Assembly (NCBI GenBank): GCA_963422365.1
Contig: OY729426.1
Span: 800,001-864,000, forward strand
DNA length: 64,000 nt
From: Nitrospirales bacterium
GTDB taxonomy: Bacteria > Nitrospirota > Nitrospiria > Nitrospirales > UBA8639
Direction of reading: 5' to 3'
A program made the translations under genes and the position numbers. Numbering within the stretch: the first letter of the stretch is position 1; every line of letters starts with the position of its first letter. The notes below the pieces were generated by a model. It ran no database searches, was not told where the DNA came from, and saw only the letters and a list, made by a program, of their open reading frames with translations. Shown here one piece after another: positions 27,917-37,105 of the stretch.

Positions 27917-29569
27917 TCACGGCTTTTGGAAGTGGAGGATTCCCCAGGTGAGATGACCTCCCTGGCTGCCATCAATCCAGTGCTGAAGACCGGTTTTCAT
28001 CCGTTCGATATAGTCCTCGCTGCAAACTCTCAACAAATTCCATTGATTGGCGCGAATTTCTTCCAGGACTCTCCCATAATGAGCACTCAGGTTTTCAGAG
28101 AGGTCCACGATTTCAAGTTCTTTCAGCCCAAGGCCTAACAGCAGATCTTTGTATCGCGGAATTGAACCCAGAGAGTTAAGGTGAATACGATCAAGAATGG
28201 GTTGCAAGACTTCCTTGGGGCAATGTTCACTCTGCATCGGGTCGGTAAAAATAAACTGCCCTCCTTCAGAAAGCACCCGCTTGACTTCTTCAAAGACCTT
28301 GTCGCGATTTTCACTATGCAAGATGGCATCCTGAGACCACACCACATTAACACTATGATCCGGCATGGGAATATCTTCAAAACTTCCGTCAATCACATTA
28401 ATGACCAGAGAGTATTTCCCGTGAGCATTGAGTTCGCGGTTTCTGGCATTTTGTGTTTCGCTCAAATTTAAACATCCAACTTGGCATCCATAGTGCTTGA
28501 CCAGGTACCTTGCTGACCCTCCATACCCGGAGCCAATATCCAACACCCGAGTCGCAGGCCCGAGATTGGTGACCATGGAGGCCATTTTCTGGACCGTCTT
28601 TTGACTCGCGTCAACAATGGTATCCGTGTTGTGTTCATAGAGACCAACATGAATATCCTCGCCCCCCCACACGGTGGCATAGAATCGGTCGGCATCATGG
28701 CTATTGTAGTAGCTTCTGGCGGTTTCGACAGACTGAGAATAATTGAGCCCCATTGAAATTTTAATGGGCCGTTCTTCGTTTTTATACAGTTTTTCAGCTA
28801 CATGGACATAGAAATCAGGGTCCTCGACGCGGTGTGTCTCTTGAAAGTCCGCAAAGGTTTTGACTTGCTGAAACCCAACTTCTCCCATGAGTTTTCTGAC
28901 ATAATCCTTGCGCAGGGGAAACATGTTGAGATGATATTCTGAGTTGTCGGGGAACTGATACCGGAATCGGGCCAATCCTTCATCAACGTATTCAGGCTCG
29001 GCACGAACATTTTCCCCACAATAATAATAGACGTGTTTGGAGGTGAACCCATTATCGAGTATGCCGTCGTAATTCCGTTGATCGAGCAACAAAACACCGT
29101 CGTGGTGAAGCACTGAATAAAATTCGGCAAGGGCTTTCCGGCGGTCCTGTTCTGAAAACAAATGGGTCAGAGAGTTCCCTAAGCAAATAACCGCATCATA
29201 TTGGGTGTGAATATCCCGACTCAGCCACCGCCAGTCAGCATGGAGGGTCTTCATAATAAAGCCCACTCGTGTGGCATTTTCAAAGGCTTGCGCCAACATT
29301 TCGGGGCTGCCGTCTGCGCTGGTCACGTCAAACCCAGCCTTTAGGAGCCGAATAGAGTGAAATCCCGTTCCCGTTGCCACGTCCAATATCCGTTGGACTC
29401 CATGTTCTTTCAGGATATTGATGAAAAAATCCCCTTCGCTTCTAGCTCGGGCCTCCCAGTCGATGAGTTCATCCCATTTTCGGACAAAGCTATGGACATA
29501 TTCGCGTTTGTATTGGTCGGTTTTTCGTTGGGCGATGGGGTTCTCACCGTACAGTTGTTCTTGACCCAT
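27917..29569 (-). CDS. Fused glycine/sarcosine N-methyltransferase plus sarcosine/dimethylglycine N-methyltransferase (betaine synthesis)
   Basis: Domain 1: FVRKWDELIDW, LDVATGTGFHS, CLGNSLTHLF, DQRNYD, YYYCG; domain 2: YYNSHDADRFY..VWGGEDIHVGLY, LDIGSGYGG, WSQDAILHS; GAGGAGG RBS before ATG 29569. Confidence 0.93.
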   Translation of the reverse strand: MGQEQLYGENPIAQRKTDQYKREYVHSFVRKWDELIDWEARARSEGDFFINILKEHGVQRILDVATGTGFHSIRLLKAGFDVTSADGSPEMLAQAFENATRVGFIMKTLHADWRWLSRDIHTQYDAVICLGNSLTHLFSEQDRRKALAEFYSVLHHDGVLLLDQRNYDGILDNGFTSKHVYYYCGENVRAEPEYVDEGLARFRYQFPDNSEYHLNMFPLRKDYVRKLMGEVGFQQVKTFADFQETHRVEDPDFYVHVAEKLYKNEERPIKISMGLNYSQSVETARSYYNSHDADRFYATVWGGEDIHVGLYEHNTDTIVDASQKTVQKMASMVTNLGPATRVLDIGSGYGGSARYLVKHYGCQVGCLNLSETQNARNRELNAHGKYSLVINVIDGSFEDIPMPDHSVNVVWSQDAILHSENRDKVFEEVKRVLSEGGQFIFTDPMQSEHCPKEVLQPILDRIHLNSLGSIPRYKDLLLGLGLKELEIVDLSENLSAHYGRVLEEIRANQWNLLRVCSEDYIERMKTGLQHWIDGSQGGHLTWGILHFQKP

Positions 29570-29896
29570 GGGCCACCTCCTCAATGGTCAGACTCACAAT
29601 ACCTTTCTCCGTCGCGCAACCAAGTTGACCCGACTTTTGGTTAGATGAAAAAGTGGGAAAGGTGCGTCGCAGAACTTCTACTCTAACGAGTTTGGCCCTC
29701 TTTGGGCAACCCTCAACCTGTCCGATGGAATTGGCCTTGAGTTCTCGCGATGTTCTCGGCAAACTATCAGGACAACACATTTTCGTCATGGGTTAACATA
29801 GATTTCTCATAACCTCTTACTTTTCAAACACTGTAGTCTATTAGCCGGATGCCTCGTTGAAGGAAAAGAAGGGATCGTTGTTCTCACACATTTCTG

Positions 29897-31396
29897 ATGA
29901 AACTCGCCACGCCTGTTTTTACGGTCTCCTTGTCCCTTGCCACGGCATTCTTAGTCTGGGGGGGGGTGGCTCCGACACAGTTGGCCACGGTCACCACCGC
30001 TATCCAGCGGTGGTTGCTCGATGCCTTTGGGTGGTTCTATCTCTTATGCGCGGTTGGGCTTTTGGTCATGGCGGTCACGCTGATTTTTTCACGGTACGGA
30101 GATATCCCCTTAGGGAAGGATGGGGAAAAGCCTGAATTTCCGTTGCTCACGTGGTTTGCCATGTTATTTTGTGCCGGAATGGGCATTGGCTTGGTGTTTT
30201 GGGGGGTAGCAGAACCCACCGCTCATTATTATGACCCTCCCCGCGGAGTAGGCGAAACACCGGAAGCTGCCAGCTTAGCTCTTCAGTACTCGTTTTTTCA
30301 TTGGGGGCTGCATCCTTGGGGGATTTACACGATGGTGGCGATGTGTTTGGCCTATTTTCAATTTCGGAAAGGCAAACCAGGTTTGTTCAGCGCGAGTTGT
30401 GAGCCAATTTTTGGCGAACACATGATGAAGGGCTTGATCGGACAAGCCATTGATATTCTTGCCGTTTTTGCCACGGTATTTGGGGTGGCCACCTCGTTAG
30501 GCTTTGGGGCCATCCAAATCAGCGGGGGCTTCTCGTATCTGTTTACCCTTCCCAATACCAAGATCCTTCAATTGGCCATGATTGCCGTGGTCACGGTGTT
30601 GTACATATTGTCCGCGCAGACTGGCCTTCAACGGGGGATCAAATATTTGAGCAACTTGAACATGGTGTTGGCGGTCTCGCTTATGGGTTTTCTTTTGTTC
30701 TTCGGGCCGACGAAATTTATTATGGAGGTCTTTACCTCGGCATTGGGGGAGTATCTTCAGAATTTGCCAACAATGAGTCTGTATTTGGCGCCATTCGATG
30801 ATTCCCGATGGATCCAGGATTGGACCTTATTTTACTGGGCTTGGTGGATTGCCTGGGCTCCGTTCGTCGGGACCTTTATCGCAAGAATTTCTCGAGGCCG
30901 AACCGTCAGAGAGTTTATCTTGGGCGTGTTGTTTGTCCCGACGCTCTTTTGTGCGTTTTGGTTTTCTGTGTTTGGTGGGACCGCCATTTCATTGGACATG
31001 TTCGAGCAGGCAGGCATGAAACAGATCATTGAGTCGCAGGGGAAAGAAGTGGCTCTGTTTACTCTTTTGGAGCATTTTCCCTTCGGAGGGATCATGTCGC
31101 TCATTGCGATTTTGTTGATTGCCACGTTTTTTATTACTTCGGCGGATTCAGCCACGTTTGTGTTAGGCACGTTAACGTCAAATGGAAATCTGAACCCTTC
31201 GAATGTCATCAAGTTTACGTGGGGCATCATCCAATCAGTCGTGGCAGCCGTTTTACTGTGGTCTGGTGGGCTGCAAGGCCTTCAAATGGGATCAATCCTT
31301 GCCGCATTTCCCTTTGCCGTGATCATTCTGCTCTTGATGATATCCCTCTTCCGGTCGTTTAAGGAAGAGGTGGCCTCACACGCCCTTCCACGCTGA
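29897..31396 (+). CDS. BCCT family glycine betaine transporter (OpuD/BetL-like)
   Basis: WFAMLFCAGMGIGLVFWGVAEP, WTLFYWAWWIAWAPFVGTFIARISRGRT and TSADSA motifs. Confidence 0.95.
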   Translation: MKLATPVFTVSLSLATAFLVWGGVAPTQLATVTTAIQRWLLDAFGWFYLLCAVGLLVMAVTLIFSRYGDIPLGKDGEKPEFPLLTWFAMLFCAGMGIGLVFWGVAEPTAHYYDPPRGVGETPEAASLALQYSFFHWGLHPWGIYTMVAMCLAYFQFRKGKPGLFSASCEPIFGEHMMKGLIGQAIDILAVFATVFGVATSLGFGAIQISGGFSYLFTLPNTKILQLAMIAVVTVLYILSAQTGLQRGIKYLSNLNMVLAVSLMGFLLFFGPTKFIMEVFTSALGEYLQNLPTMSLYLAPFDDSRWIQDWTLFYWAWWIAWAPFVGTFIARISRGRTVREFILGVLFVPTLFCAFWFSVFGGTAISLDMFEQAGMKQIIESQGKEVALFTLLEHFPFGGIMSLIAILLIATFFITSADSATFVLGTLTSNGNLNPSNVIKFTWGIIQSVVAAVLLWSGGLQGLQMGSILAAFPFAVIILLLMISLFRSFKEEVASHALPR

Positions 31397-31599
31397 GGCA
31401 GGGGCTGGTGCCCTCACTGTCTCTCCGTACGCGATTTGATTGACCCTCAAAAAATCGCTGTGGTAAGTTGCCGACACGATGGTTCTTCAGCTTTTCCCCA
31501 TATCGGTAAAGGGAAACATCATGCGACCGCTGAACGAAATTTTCACGAGGCATTGGAGAGGGAAAAGATCTTTCTAGGAGGCTCTCGGCTAACAAAGGT

Positions 31600-32697
31600 G
31601 TGACCATGGCCGATCAAGTGGCGGAGCATATTGCTGCCTTAAAGGATGAGGATTGGGGCATCCGTGAAGATGCGGCCCTTGCCCTTGGCGAATTCCGAGA
31701 TCCAAGAGGAGTGTGTCCCTTGATTGAGACCTTACGAGATTCCGATCAAGCCGTGAAAACTGCTGCTGCCACTGCGTTAACGGCTATTGGAGGACCAGCC
31801 GTAGTGGACTTGAGTTACTGCCTCCAAGATCCGGATTTGTCAGTGCAGGAGGCCGCGGCTTCCATTTTGTCTACGATTGCTGATGAGCGAGTGCTCGAAC
31901 CCTTACATTCCGCTCTCTTGAGCCAAGATTGGGTCGTCCGAATGCATGCCGCCCGCGCAGTAGGACGACTCGGCACCTCACAGTCGGTTGAGACCCTGGT
32001 GCTGCTTCTCCAAGATACAGTGCCGGCGGTGCGCGATGAAGCCATTGCGGCTCTGGTGTCTATTGGTGAGTTAGCGGTTGCGCCTTTGGTGGAAGCGCTG
32101 GCCCATCAAGATTGGCGGATGCGTCTTCGAGCCACGGAAGCGTTGTGTGTCTTGAAATCCCAAACAACGGTCAATCCATTGGTGGGTCTTTTACAACACG
32201 ACCCCGATATAGCCGTGCGCCAGGAGGCAGCCCGTGCACTCGGAAATATTGGCGACAGGACTGCAGTCGACGCCCTCTTAGGGGTCATTCAGGAGCCTCG
32301 TCTTCAGGTTCGTGCCATAGAAGCGCTCGGTAAAATCGGCGATCGACGAGTACTCCCTTTGTTGTTTCAACTGATTAGCCAACTGAAGGCAAGCGAGTAT
32401 GAAGATCGCACACCGGCCTGTGAGGATACTCGATATGAACAGGATTTGGCCAGTGTGGAAGAGGCCATTCGGGCTCTTGCGCGCATCCATGATGAGGAGG
32501 CCATTCCTCTTTTGATTACGGCTCTGCAAAGCACCTTAATACGGAACGAAGCGAGTGAAGCCTTGGTCCAATTTGGACAGAAGGCTGTTGCCCCCTTGGT
32601 GAGGCAACTTCAACGCGAACACGATGACAATATTCGCTATCATATCAAGGAAGCCTTAACCCAATTGGGGTGGAACCCGAAACGGGTCCGTTTATAG
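31600..32697 (+). CDS. HEAT repeat protein 2
   Basis: Tandem HEAT-PBS units. Confidence 0.9.
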   Translation: MTMADQVAEHIAALKDEDWGIREDAALALGEFRDPRGVCPLIETLRDSDQAVKTAAATALTAIGGPAVVDLSYCLQDPDLSVQEAAASILSTIADERVLEPLHSALLSQDWVVRMHAARAVGRLGTSQSVETLVLLLQDTVPAVRDEAIAALVSIGELAVAPLVEALAHQDWRMRLRATEALCVLKSQTTVNPLVGLLQHDPDIAVRQEAARALGNIGDRTAVDALLGVIQEPRLQVRAIEALGKIGDRRVLPLLFQLISQLKASEYEDRTPACEDTRYEQDLASVEEAIRALARIHDEEAIPLLITALQSTLIRNEASEALVQFGQKAVAPLVRQLQREHDDNIRYHIKEALTQLGWNPKRVRL

Positions 32698-32733
32698 TCC
32701 TAGATGCGAACGAAGGGGTGAGGCCACACCACC

Positions 32734-33831
32734 ATGCCGAAAGAACCAATTGAAATCATCGTGTCCGAGCTTGCTCATGAAGAAGATTGGCGCCGTATGC
32801 GTGCCACGGCCACGTGTCTGAAGGGAGGGCCTAATGTCGTGGCTCTGGTGATCGAAGCCATGAAAACCGGGTCACCGTCCTATAAGGTTGAAGCGGCCCG
32901 AATGTTGGCGAGGATCCGAGATCCGCAGGCGGGAGTGCCTCTGGTGACGCTTCTGCAAGGTGAAGAGGAGAGTGTCCGAGAGGCCGTGGTGGCTTCCCTC
33001 GAACAAATGGCTGGCATTGTGAATGAAGAGACGGCGGCGGCCTTAGTCGAGCTGTTGAAAAATGAAACGCTTCGGGCCTCTGTCACGAAACTGCTGGGAG
33101 TCATTCCGACGTCGATCGGTCCTCTGACCACGATGCTCAAAGATCCGGATGAAGAGGCGCGGGTGAATGCCGCCCACATACTTGATCATCTCTTGGATCC
33201 GCGCGCTGCGGATGCGTTGGTTGATGCAATGGGAGATGCCGCTCTGTGTGACATGGCCATTGACACTCTAAAAAAACTCAGGGCCATTCGGGATCGTATC
33301 GATTCCATTATGGATGAATTGCGGAACGTGGAAGAGTCTGAACTCCGTGAAGGTGCGCGGCAGGAAGCGGTGCATAAGCTGCATCCGATTGGCCGTCCAA
33401 CTGTCGAAATTTTAATTGAATACCTCGAAGATGATGATTGGGTGGTGCGTGAAGCCGCGGCGGACGTCTTGGGAAAAATTGGAGATGTGCGAGCGGTGGG
33501 GCCATTGATTGATCGCCTCCAGCGGGACAAAGATACGGGAGTCAAGGAACTGGCGACCAAGGGGTTGGGATTAATTGGAGACGCCAGACCGGTTGATCTC
33601 CTGATTGACATGATTCCCATCAAACCGTTACGAGTATTGGCAGTGGAAGCCTTAGAAAAGATCAAAGACGTGGAAGCCTTGCGTCCCTATGCGGACGTGT
33701 TTAAGAAAATGAAAAATGACCGTGATGGGTTGGTCTCGTATAACTCCGGGATCATCATCGATAAATTGGAAGCTGCCGCGGCGCAGATGGATGAAACGCA
33801 ATGGGCGGAAAAGGAGCAAGTGAATGGCTGA
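32734..33831 (+). CDS. HEAT repeat protein 3
   Basis: Tandem HEAT-PBS units, e.g. LEDDDWVVREAAADVLGKIGD. Confidence 0.9.
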   Translation: MPKEPIEIIVSELAHEEDWRRMRATATCLKGGPNVVALVIEAMKTGSPSYKVEAARMLARIRDPQAGVPLVTLLQGEEESVREAVVASLEQMAGIVNEETAAALVELLKNETLRASVTKLLGVIPTSIGPLTTMLKDPDEEARVNAAHILDHLLDPRAADALVDAMGDAALCDMAIDTLKKLRAIRDRIDSIMDELRNVEESELREGARQEAVHKLHPIGRPTVEILIEYLEDDDWVVREAAADVLGKIGDVRAVGPLIDRLQRDKDTGVKELATKGLGLIGDARPVDLLIDMIPIKPLRVLAVEALEKIKDVEALRPYADVFKKMKNDRDGLVSYNSGIIIDKLEAAAAQMDETQWAEKEQVNG

Positions 33832-34576
33832 GAGTCCTCGCATCGAACAATTATTGTCCGCCCTTCGCGATGAAAACGAAGGCCTGCAAAAGTATGCGGC
33901 AGCCGGACTTGGGCAAATAGGCGACTCGGCAATCCCTCGCTTGATTGAGATGTTTGAAGACGATGACCTCGTGATTCGGGAGGCCGCGGTCAATGCCGTG
34001 GTTCAAATAGGGGAAGCTGCAATTGATCCCTTAATTGAAGCGTTGGAAGATGATGCCTGGGCCATTCGAGAGCAGGCGGCGTCTGCTCTCGGAAAACTGA
34101 AACACGCTCGAGCGGTCCCCTTCCTGGTGAACACGTTAAAAGACAAAGATGGGGGGGTCCGAACCGCCGTGGTCTGGGCCTTGGAACGGATTGGCGACCC
34201 CGAAGCTGTACCGGCCCTCGTGGACTGCTTAATGGATGCGATGTTGCGGGAAGACGTTGCTCGCGTATTAAAAAAAATTGGGGACACTAGAGCCACGGAT
34301 GCCTTGATCGACGGGCTTCAAGGGTCCAATTGGATTGTCCGTCGTCATGCCGCCGAAGCCCTTGGAAAAATTGGGGATGCCAAAGGGTTCTCTCCTTTAG
34401 TCGAGGCCTTGACGGACGAGGACTGGCTGGTTCGCCGGAATGCGGCTGAATCATTAGCCAGGTTGGGAAATCCCCGCGCCATTCAACCGGTGGTTGCGTT
34501 GTTGGAAGATGAAAACGAAATGGTGCGCGATACCGCCGAAGGCGTGTTGGCAAGTTTAGGATGGAAACCCGAGTAA
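33824..34576 (+). CDS. HEAT repeat protein 4
   Basis: Tandem HEAT-PBS units; overlaps the upstream gene by 8 bp. Confidence 0.9.
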   Translation: MAESPRIEQLLSALRDENEGLQKYAAAGLGQIGDSAIPRLIEMFEDDDLVIREAAVNAVVQIGEAAIDPLIEALEDDAWAIREQAASALGKLKHARAVPFLVNTLKDKDGGVRTAVVWALERIGDPEAVPALVDCLMDAMLREDVARVLKKIGDTRATDALIDGLQGSNWIVRRHAAEALGKIGDAKGFSPLVEALTDEDWLVRRNAAESLARLGNPRAIQPVVALLEDENEMVRDTAEGVLASLGWKPE

Positions 34577-34606
34577 GGTTGCTGCAGGCGTGTATCGGAT
34601 TATGTT

Positions 34607-34632
34607 GTCATTCCCGTGAAAGCGGGAATCCA
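34607..34632 (+). repeat. REP/dRS3-like palindromic element
   Basis: GTCATTCCCGTGAAAGCGGGAATCCA (ATTCCC-N8-GGGAAT). Confidence 0.65.
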
Positions 34633-34711
34633 TGAAAAAGATGTGGTACGGCATTCGGGTATGACACTTGACGACCCGAAATCCGTCATGATGTAAGAAG
34701 GAGAAGTTGAT

Positions 34712-35383
34712 ATGGCAGATTCAGTTCCAACCCCTCTTGTTCAAATCGCTCCCAAACGTGCCCCAAAAGATGGCTTTAATCTTGTGACCGACAATGTCAT
34801 CGCCGTCAATCTGGAGGCCAAGCAACTCGAAGTCGAGTTGTTGGCCTATGATGGAAAAACCGTGTTGTTGGATGTTGCCGAAGAAGCGTTTGATCATCTG
34901 CAAAAGATTCAGCCGGGTGACGGGGCGACCTTCCGTATTGTCGAGGAAGACGGAAAGCGACTGGTCAAGCAATTTCGAATTCGGACGAAAGATCCTAACG
35001 TCGTCAAAGTCGATGCCGCGTTGATGGATTTAAAGGATTCACACTGGCTCAATCGCAAATATGCCATTGAGATGTTGGGAGAACTCAAAGCAGCCAATGC
35101 CGTGGATGACCTCGTAGAATGTTTAGAAGATGAGGTGGGCGATGTCCGGCATCGAGCCTATGAAGCGTTGATTAAAATCGGGGTGCCCTCCGTCACGAAA
35201 GTCATTCCGCTGTTGGTTTCGGAAGAAGATGAATTGCGTCAGTCCGTTACCGAGATTCTTCGGAAAATCGGCAAGCCAGCCGTGGAACCGCTGGCTACGG
35301 CCTTGGCCGATGCCGATGGTCCGCTGAAAAAACGCATTACCAAAGTGTTGGATCGCATGGGCTATAAACCCAAAGAGGCGTAA
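34712..35383 (+). CDS. HEAT repeat protein 5 with an N-terminal beta (OB-like) domain
   Basis: About 95-aa beta-rich N-terminus followed by HEAT units; AAGGAG RBS. Confidence 0.85.
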   Translation: MADSVPTPLVQIAPKRAPKDGFNLVTDNVIAVNLEAKQLEVELLAYDGKTVLLDVAEEAFDHLQKIQPGDGATFRIVEEDGKRLVKQFRIRTKDPNVVKVDAALMDLKDSHWLNRKYAIEMLGELKAANAVDDLVECLEDEVGDVRHRAYEALIKIGVPSVTKVIPLLVSEEDELRQSVTEILRKIGKPAVEPLATALADADGPLKKRITKVLDRMGYKPKEA

Positions 35384-35417
35384 GCCCTGGCCGGCACACG
35401 GGACAAGACCGACGCGG

Positions 35418-36749
35418 TTACGACGCGTTATAGGGATTCACGCCGACAGCCGGGCGGCCAACGGACACATAATGAAATCCGCATTTGGCGACCCGTTCGG
35501 GGTCGTACACATTCCGGATATCAATCAACACCGGGACTCGCAGAAGCGATTTCATGTGATCCAAATCTAAATTTCGGAATTGATTCCATTCGGTGGCCAA
35601 CACGACGGCATCCGCTCCTGTCATCGCATGATACGCATCGTGACAGGCGATCAAATCGGGTAACGTGTTGAGCGCTCCTTCCAATCCTTCCGGGTCATAG
35701 GCCCGGATGGTACAGCCTTCCTTCATCAGATATTCCGCAATCGTCAAAGCGGGCGAATCCCGAAGATCGTCGGTATTGGGTTTAAAGGATAACCCTAACA
35801 AGGCAAGGGTTTTCCCTTGAACGCCGTTCAGGGCGTCACGGATTTTATCGACCATACGAGTCCGCTGTTGTTCATTCACCCGTTTGGTCGTCGCCGCCAA
35901 CTTCATGTCATATCCGGTTTCTGCTCCAATATGAACCAGCGCTGCCGTATCCTTCCCAAAACAGGATCCACCATACCCCGGCCCGGCGTGCAAGAACTTC
36001 GCCCCAATCCGTTTATCAAGCCCCATGGCTTTGGCCACGGTTTGCACATTGGCATTCACGAATTCACACAGATTAGCCACTTCGTTGATAAAGGAAATCT
36101 TGGTGGCTAAGAACACGTTCGACGCGTATTTAATCATTTCTGCAGTTGGCATATTCGTGACGACGAATGGTGTTTCAATGAGATACAACGGCCGATATAA
36201 ATCCTTCATGATGGCCGCGGCCTGCTCGCTCTCTACGCCGATGACCACACGATCCGGACGCATGAAGTCTTCAACTGCCGATCCTTCACGTAAAAACTCC
36301 GGGTTGGATGCCACATCAAAGTCAATGGGCTTCGATTGATGAGCTTTGATGATCTCTCGCACTCGTGTCGCAGTCCCCACGGGCACAGTCGATTTGGTTG
36401 CCACAACCTTATACCCCGTCATGCGGCTCCCGATTCTCCGAGCCACTTCATCGACATAGGACAGATCAGCCGACCCATCAAGGTTCGAGGGCGTGCCGAC
36501 CGCGATAAAGATCACTAAAGCCGTATCCACAGCCTGGTGTAAGTCGGTTGTAAATATGAGCCGTCCGGCTTTGTAGCCTTTGGTCACCAGTGAGGCTAAT
36601 CCAGGTTCATAAAACGGCACTTCACCATGTTCTAGTTTTTTAATCCGAGTGGCGTCCACGTCCATACACGTCACATTGAGTCCGAATTCTGCAAAACACG
36701 CGCCCGTCACGAGTCCCACGTATCCTGTTCCGAGAACACTAATATGCAT
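35418..36749 (-). CDS. ugd: UDP-glucose 6-dehydrogenase
   Basis: GTGYVGLV, KSTVPVGT, SNPEFLREG, GYGGSCF and FKPNTDDLR motifs. Confidence 0.95.
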   Translation of the reverse strand: MHISVLGTGYVGLVTGACFAEFGLNVTCMDVDATRIKKLEHGEVPFYEPGLASLVTKGYKAGRLIFTTDLHQAVDTALVIFIAVGTPSNLDGSADLSYVDEVARRIGSRMTGYKVVATKSTVPVGTATRVREIIKAHQSKPIDFDVASNPEFLREGSAVEDFMRPDRVVIGVESEQAAAIMKDLYRPLYLIETPFVVTNMPTAEMIKYASNVFLATKISFINEVANLCEFVNANVQTVAKAMGLDKRIGAKFLHAGPGYGGSCFGKDTAALVHIGAETGYDMKLAATTKRVNEQQRTRMVDKIRDALNGVQGKTLALLGLSFKPNTDDLRDSPALTIAEYLMKEGCTIRAYDPEGLEGALNTLPDLIACHDAYHAMTGADAVVLATEWNQFRNLDLDHMKSLLRVPVLIDIRNVYDPERVAKCGFHYVSVGRPAVGVNPYNAS

Positions 36750-36916
36750 CGCAACCTCTGAGATCAGAAAGAAGAAACATGGTCCGGTCGAATGGTTAAG
36801 GACGACCGACCGTCACTTATTCAGTGTAGAGTATCACAACTTGAGGGAAAATGAATGGCGGACTGGAAAGGAACCAAGGCAATTGCTGGCTGACTTCTCG
36901 CCTGCAATGGGTTTTC

Positions 36917-36945
36917 TTGACAGGGTCGTATACGCGCACTAGAAT
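36917..36945 (+). promoter_or_regulatory. Sigma-70 promoter of tRNA-Gly
   Basis: TTGACA-N17-TAGAAT, 23 bp upstream of the tRNA. Confidence 0.8.
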
Positions 36946-36968
36946 CAACGCCCACCTTCTTCCAGAGA

Positions 36969-37043
36969 GCGGGAATAGCTCAGTGGTAGAGCATCGCCTT
37001 GCCAAGGCGAGGGTCGGGGGTTCAAATCCCCTTTCCCGCTCCA
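36969..37043 (+). tRNA. tRNA-Gly (GCC)
   Basis: GCGGGAA/TTCCCGC acceptor stem, anticodon loop TT-GCC-AA, GGTTCAAATCC T-arm, encoded CCA. Confidence 0.97.
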
Positions 37044-37105
37044 ACCATGCTTCCAGCATGCTTGGACCGATTTAACCCCCGACTGAGGATTCCCCATTTC
37101 GTTGT

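Noticed and set aside
26440..35383. Phycobiliprotein lyase or deoxyhypusine hydroxylase function for the HEAT genes
   Set aside because: No phycobiliprotein genes in the window and no repeated HE diiron motifs; the fold alone does not give function
36817..37075. ORFs overlapping tRNA-Gly
   Set aside because: Translations of the tRNA and its promoter
37044..37105. Integrated element at tRNA-Gly
   Set aside because: No integrase and no duplicated tRNA 3' end noticed downstream
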